Part shown: piece after piece, positions 60,149 to 64,000 of the stretch
Position numbering within the stretch: the stretch's first letter is position 1
How the letters are laid out: each line of letters opens with the position of its first letter
DNA from: an uncultured delta proteobacterium
GTDB taxonomy: Bacteria > Desulfobacterota > Binatia > Binatales > Binataceae
Length of the DNA stretch: 64,000 bases
Reading direction: 5' to 3'
Assembly (NCBI GenBank): GCA_963710425.1
Contig: CAVQAR010000009.1
Location: forward strand, 134,539-198,538
Made by a program: the position numbers and the translations under genes
Notes under the pieces: model-generated
What the model saw: only the letters and a program-made list of their open reading frames with translations
The model's database searches: none
What the model was told of the DNA's origin: nothing

Positions 60149-61686
60149 TGGCGACGAGGCCGCCGGTCGCAGCGCTGATAATTTTCGACGGATGGGGAGT
60201 CAGCAAGAGCGGCGCGTCGAACGCGATCGCGGCGGCGAAGACTCCGGTGATGGATCGCCTCTATGCGACGAGTGCGCATACTGAGCTCGACGCGTCGGGC
60301 GAAGCGGTGGGCTTGCCGGCTGGCGTGATGGGCAATTCCGAAGTCGGGCATCTTACGATTGGCGCGGGCCGCGTTATCTACCAGGACCTGATGCGAATCA
60401 CGAAAGCGATCGAGAGCGGCGGGTTCGCGAAGAATCCGCCGATTGTCGATGCGATCAAAAAGACCGTCGCCAACGGCACGACGCTGCATATTTGGGGACT
60501 GCTGTCCGACGGCAGCGTGCACAGTCATATTCGGCATCTGATGGCTTTGCTCGACGTCGCCGCGGCAAATGGAGCAAGCAGAATCGCGGTCCATGCGGTG
60601 CTCGACGGGCGCGACAAACCGCCACGATCGGCGCTCGCGTTTATTGATCAGCTCGAAGCGAAGCTGGAGCAACTGGGTTGCGGGCGAATCGCGACGGTTA
60701 TCGGGCGGTACTATGCGATGGATCGCGACCAGCGATGGGAACGAGTCGAGCGGGCGTGGCGCGCGATGGTCGAGGCGGAAGGAATCGCGGCGTCGAGCGC
60801 GCGCGAGGCGGTCGAGAGTTCGTACGCCGCGGGCAAGAGCGACGAGTTTGTCGAGCCGCACGTGATCGGCGAACGTACGCCGATGGCGGACGGCGACCAG
60901 GTTATCTGTTTCAACTTCCGCGCCGATCGGGCGCGCGAATTGACGGCTGCGATCGCGATCGACGGATTCTCCGGCTTCCGTCGCCCGCGAATTCCGAGAG
61001 TCGGGTACGTTTGCATGACTGAATACGATCGATCGTTCGGGCTCCCGCTCGCGTTCGGGCCTGAAGACGTGCGTAATACGCTGGCCGAGGTGATGGCGCA
61101 TGCGGGGCTCAAGAATTTGCGCGTCGCGGAGACCGAGAAATATGCGCACGTCACGTATTTCCTGAATGGTGGCGTCGAGAAGGCGTTTCCGCTCGAGGAG
61201 CGCGCGCTGATTCCATCGTCGAAGGTCGCGACCTATGACCTGGAGCCGCAGATGAAGGCCGCCGCAATCGCGACGCGGGTCGCCGAAGAAATCGAAGGGC
61301 GCAAGTTCGATGTGATCGTGATGAACTTCGCCAATCCCGACATGGTCGGGCATACCGGCAAGTTCGAGGCGACAGTCGCAGCGGTCGAGGCGACGGACGC
61401 GGCGTTGGGCGTCGTGATCGACGCGATTGAGAAACGCGGCGGGGTCGCGCTGATTACGGCGGATCACGGCAATGCGGAGTTCATGGCCGATCCCGCGACC
61501 GGGCAGGCGCATACGGCGCATACGACGAATCCGGTGCCGTTGATTTTGTACGATCCGAAGTTCAAAGGGCGGCTCAAGGACGGCGGGACGCTCGCGGATG
61601 TTGCGCCGACGATGCTTGGGATGCTGGAGGTGAAGGCGCCGGTGGAGATGACTGGGCGCGATTTGAGGATCGAAACTGCACAGTGA
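60148..61686 (+). CDS. gpmI: 2,3-bisphosphoglycerate-independent phosphoglycerate mutase
   Basis: 512 aa: LIIFDGWG, GNSEVGHLTIGAGR, SDGSVHSH, NFANPDMVGHTG, ITADHGNAE. Start overlaps the eno stop (TGATG). Confidence 0.95.
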
Positions 61687-61706
61687 TTGGGGATCGTCGA
61701 GCGCGC

Positions 61707-62091
61707 TGAATTGGCAATTCATACCATTAGTTGTGGTTTGGTGTTGGGCAACTACCACGGGTGGGTTCGTTCCGTCAAAAGTTGTTTTTTTGGAGAAGAG
61801 TGGAAGGCCGGGCGAGTTTTGAGGGGTGCGGACGAGCGAGTGGCCCTGTGAGCGATGCTCATGTGCGAACTTAGCAAGGCGGGCGCGTAGGGAATAAGGC
61901 TGAACAGTTCAGCCCTGAACTTTTGTGGCAGTAGAGAAGGAGCGCGCGCGGCGCGCGATTTCAGAAACCGGAACCGGCTTCGCGTGCGCGAAGCTGTCCG
62001 AGGCCCGTTCCTCCCGTCGCTAACGCTCCCGTCGTCAGGGTGACACAAAGACGCGAAGCTGTCCGGAGGCGGGCACGGCGGCCCGCCCCAC
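61707..62091 (+). repeat. family F element (copy 2) followed by family G, C and a partial D unit
   Basis: 61707..61930 is collinear with 46286..46520. 61953..62002 is nearly identical to 49978..50027. 61996..62049 ends ..GTCAGGGTGACACAAAG. 62066..62091 is GGCGGGCACGGCGGCCCGCCCCAC. Confidence 0.8.
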
Positions 62092-62135
62092 GAACTTCGG
62101 ATAACGTGCGGGACACGCGTTGCTCGCCTAGTTGG

Positions 62136-64000
62136 TTACCAGCGGATTACTTGCTCGTAGATTTTCGGGAGCTGGCGCGGCAGCGACGCTATGTCTTCGA
62201 TTACCAGGTAGCGCGAGGATTGGCACATCTGGCGCAGGTAGTCGTGGCCGGTTTTGTCGACCGTGATGCAGAACGGGAGGACGCCGGCGAGCTCGAGTTC
62301 CTTGAGCGCGACCATCGTGTCCTGGATGCCGTAGGCGTTCGAGCGGCGGTCGTGGCCGTAGTCGAAATCCTGGGGGAAGCCGTCGCTCAGCAGGATCATG
62401 TGCTTGGCGCGCGACGCGACGTCCTTGAATTTTTCGCGCACGTGGCGAATCGCCGCGCCCATCCGGGTTGAGCGCTTGGGCTCGACCGCGCCGACGCGAG
62501 CCTTCACCTCGTCGCTCAGTTCCTGATCGAATTCCTTGATCACGTAGAACTCGACGTTGTCGCGGCCGTGGCCGGAGAAGCCCATGATCGCGTACGCGTC
62601 GCCGATTTCCTCGAGCGCCTGCGCCATGATGACGAGCGCTTCCTTGTTCACGTCGATGATGCGGCGCGGACGATTGGCGGTTTGCGGGCGGCGCTGCCAT
62701 GCCTTCATCCAGTCGTCGGTGTCGTCATCGTCGGTATGCTTGCGCGGCTCGCGATGGACCGGCTCGTCGGTCGAGGCCGACATGTCGAGCAGGAACAGCG
62801 TGGCGACGTCGCGCGCTTCTTTCTTGCGCGCCTTGTAGAAGCGGCCGTCGGGCGTCTCGCCCATCAGGCGCGCGACGCGAGCCTCGATGGTGCGGTCGAT
62901 GTCGATTTCCTCGCCGTCCTCGAGTCCGCGGACCATCCGGTACGACGCGGGCCGGATGCGCTGGAAGTTGCGGCGCACGCCGGGCAGCATCTCGGCGTAA
63001 CGGACGAGCGTGTTCTCGAAAAAATCGCCCTCGTCGCCGGTCAGCGGAATTTCGCGCAGCCGGCACCAGTTGCGGCGGTAGTCGTTCAGCACGTAATCCC
63101 ATTCGTCGTAGGCGTAGTACGAATCCTGGCGGCCGCGGCCGATCATCAGGCGTCCCTGCCCGGTGACGGTGCCGACTTCGCCGAGCTGCTCGCGCATCTG
63201 CTCGAGCTCGCTGAGCTGCTTGCCGGTGAGCTGGGTCAGGTACATGCCGTCGCCGTCGGCGCTGCCGTCGCCTTGCGAGGGTTTGATCTCGGCGCCCTGC
63301 TCGATGAGCTTGCGCAATTCTTCGGGCGAGAGCGCCCTGCCCTGTCCGCCCTTGGATTGCTTGCCCGAGACGTCCATCTGGACGTTCTGATCGGGCTCGC
63401 CGCCGCCGTCGCCCTGCTCGCCGTCTTCGCCTTCGCCGGCGGTCTGCGATTCGGAGCCTTTCATTCCTTTGATCAGGTCGTTGCGCATCCGCTCCGCTTC
63501 TTCTTCGGTGAGCGGATCGCCTTCGCCGCGCTCGCGCGCCTGTCGAATCAGCTCCTGGAGCCAATTGTAGAGCGCGCTGACCTGGTGAACGCTGGTCATG
63601 ACGTCGGCGCCGCGCGCGCGCACGGGCGCGAAGTGATGCGCCGCCATCAGCACGAGCGGAGATTCGAGCACTTCGCCGGTCGCGTCGAGATCGAGCGCCG
63701 CGCGCACCAGCATCGTGCTGAGCGACTCGGGATGGAGCCGATCGAGGAGCGAGCGGTTGAGGCGTCGCGATGCGCGGTGCGAGTCCGCGATAACGTCGCG
63801 CGAGTTCGGCGTCGATTCGCGCCGACTCCGCCAGCCGCATCAGGGCGCCCGCGAGGCCCGGGTCGTCGAACGACGCGACGAAGCTGTCGATCGCCTCGAC
63901 GCCGGTCTCGCCGCGCTCTTCGAAGCCCGCGATGTCGGCGAGTTTCAGCTTGAAGGTGCCGAAGTCGTGACGCGCCGCGAGATGCGCGGTGGTGACGAAA
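62136..64000 (-). CDS. VWA-domain protein of the NorD/CbbO type, 5' end outside the window, frame disrupted
   Basis: C-terminal VWA domain with MIDAS LFLLDMSASTD, ILLSDGFPQD, PFCITVD. An acidic, Gly-rich linker. Upstream homology continues in another frame (ALMRLAESARIDAELARRYRGLA from 63790 up to at least 64000). Indel near 63760..63790. Confidence 0.8.

Overview
High-GC bacterial chromosomal segment with one tRNA and no rRNA, probably from an uncultured or metagenome-assembled genome. I cannot assign taxonomy from the sequence alone. Most of the window is housekeeping and central or lipid metabolism: gloA, two tandem acyl-CoA dehydrogenases, PPK2, a pstCAB-phoU-phoB-phoR operon without pstS, serS, yraN, gatCAB, tldD-pmbA, a family III CoA-transferase, a RavA/MoxR-like AAA+ ATPase followed by recO, a coaBC-udg-nfeD-SPFH operon, inositol-3-phosphate synthase, ferredoxin, mrp/apbC, two enoyl-CoA hydratases, an M1 aminopeptidase, hpnK/hpnG, eno-gpmI, and a NorD/CbbO-type VWA gene that runs off the right edge. 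Six things stand out. (1) A TlpA/ResA-like redoxin has an in-frame UGA at its active site (W-A-S-W-UGA-G-C) and a SECIS-like hairpin 20 nt downstream, so it is a candidate selenoprotein that ORF callers split. (2) At least 16 reading-frame disruptions occur in otherwise recognisable genes; they are either assembly indels or real pseudogenisation. (3) At least seven families of dispersed, hairpin-rich intergenic repeats are present, including two ~0.5-kb composite repeat islands flanking serS-yraN and a ~330-nt element present twice with one compensatory stem change. (4) An IS5-family element sits inside a MITE-like palindrome, with a target-site duplication. (5) A visibly AT-richer islet next to tRNA-Arg encodes two exported proteins that share an uncharacterised module, plus an orphan atypical GspG-like pseudopilin. 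(6) Two divergent genes (an SDR and an S51 peptidase) are both truncated at their 5' ends and fused head-to-head. I found no CRISPR array, prophage, or recognisable defence or secretion-system cluster. No single clearly new multi-gene system can be supported from sequence alone; the best candidates are listed as findings.
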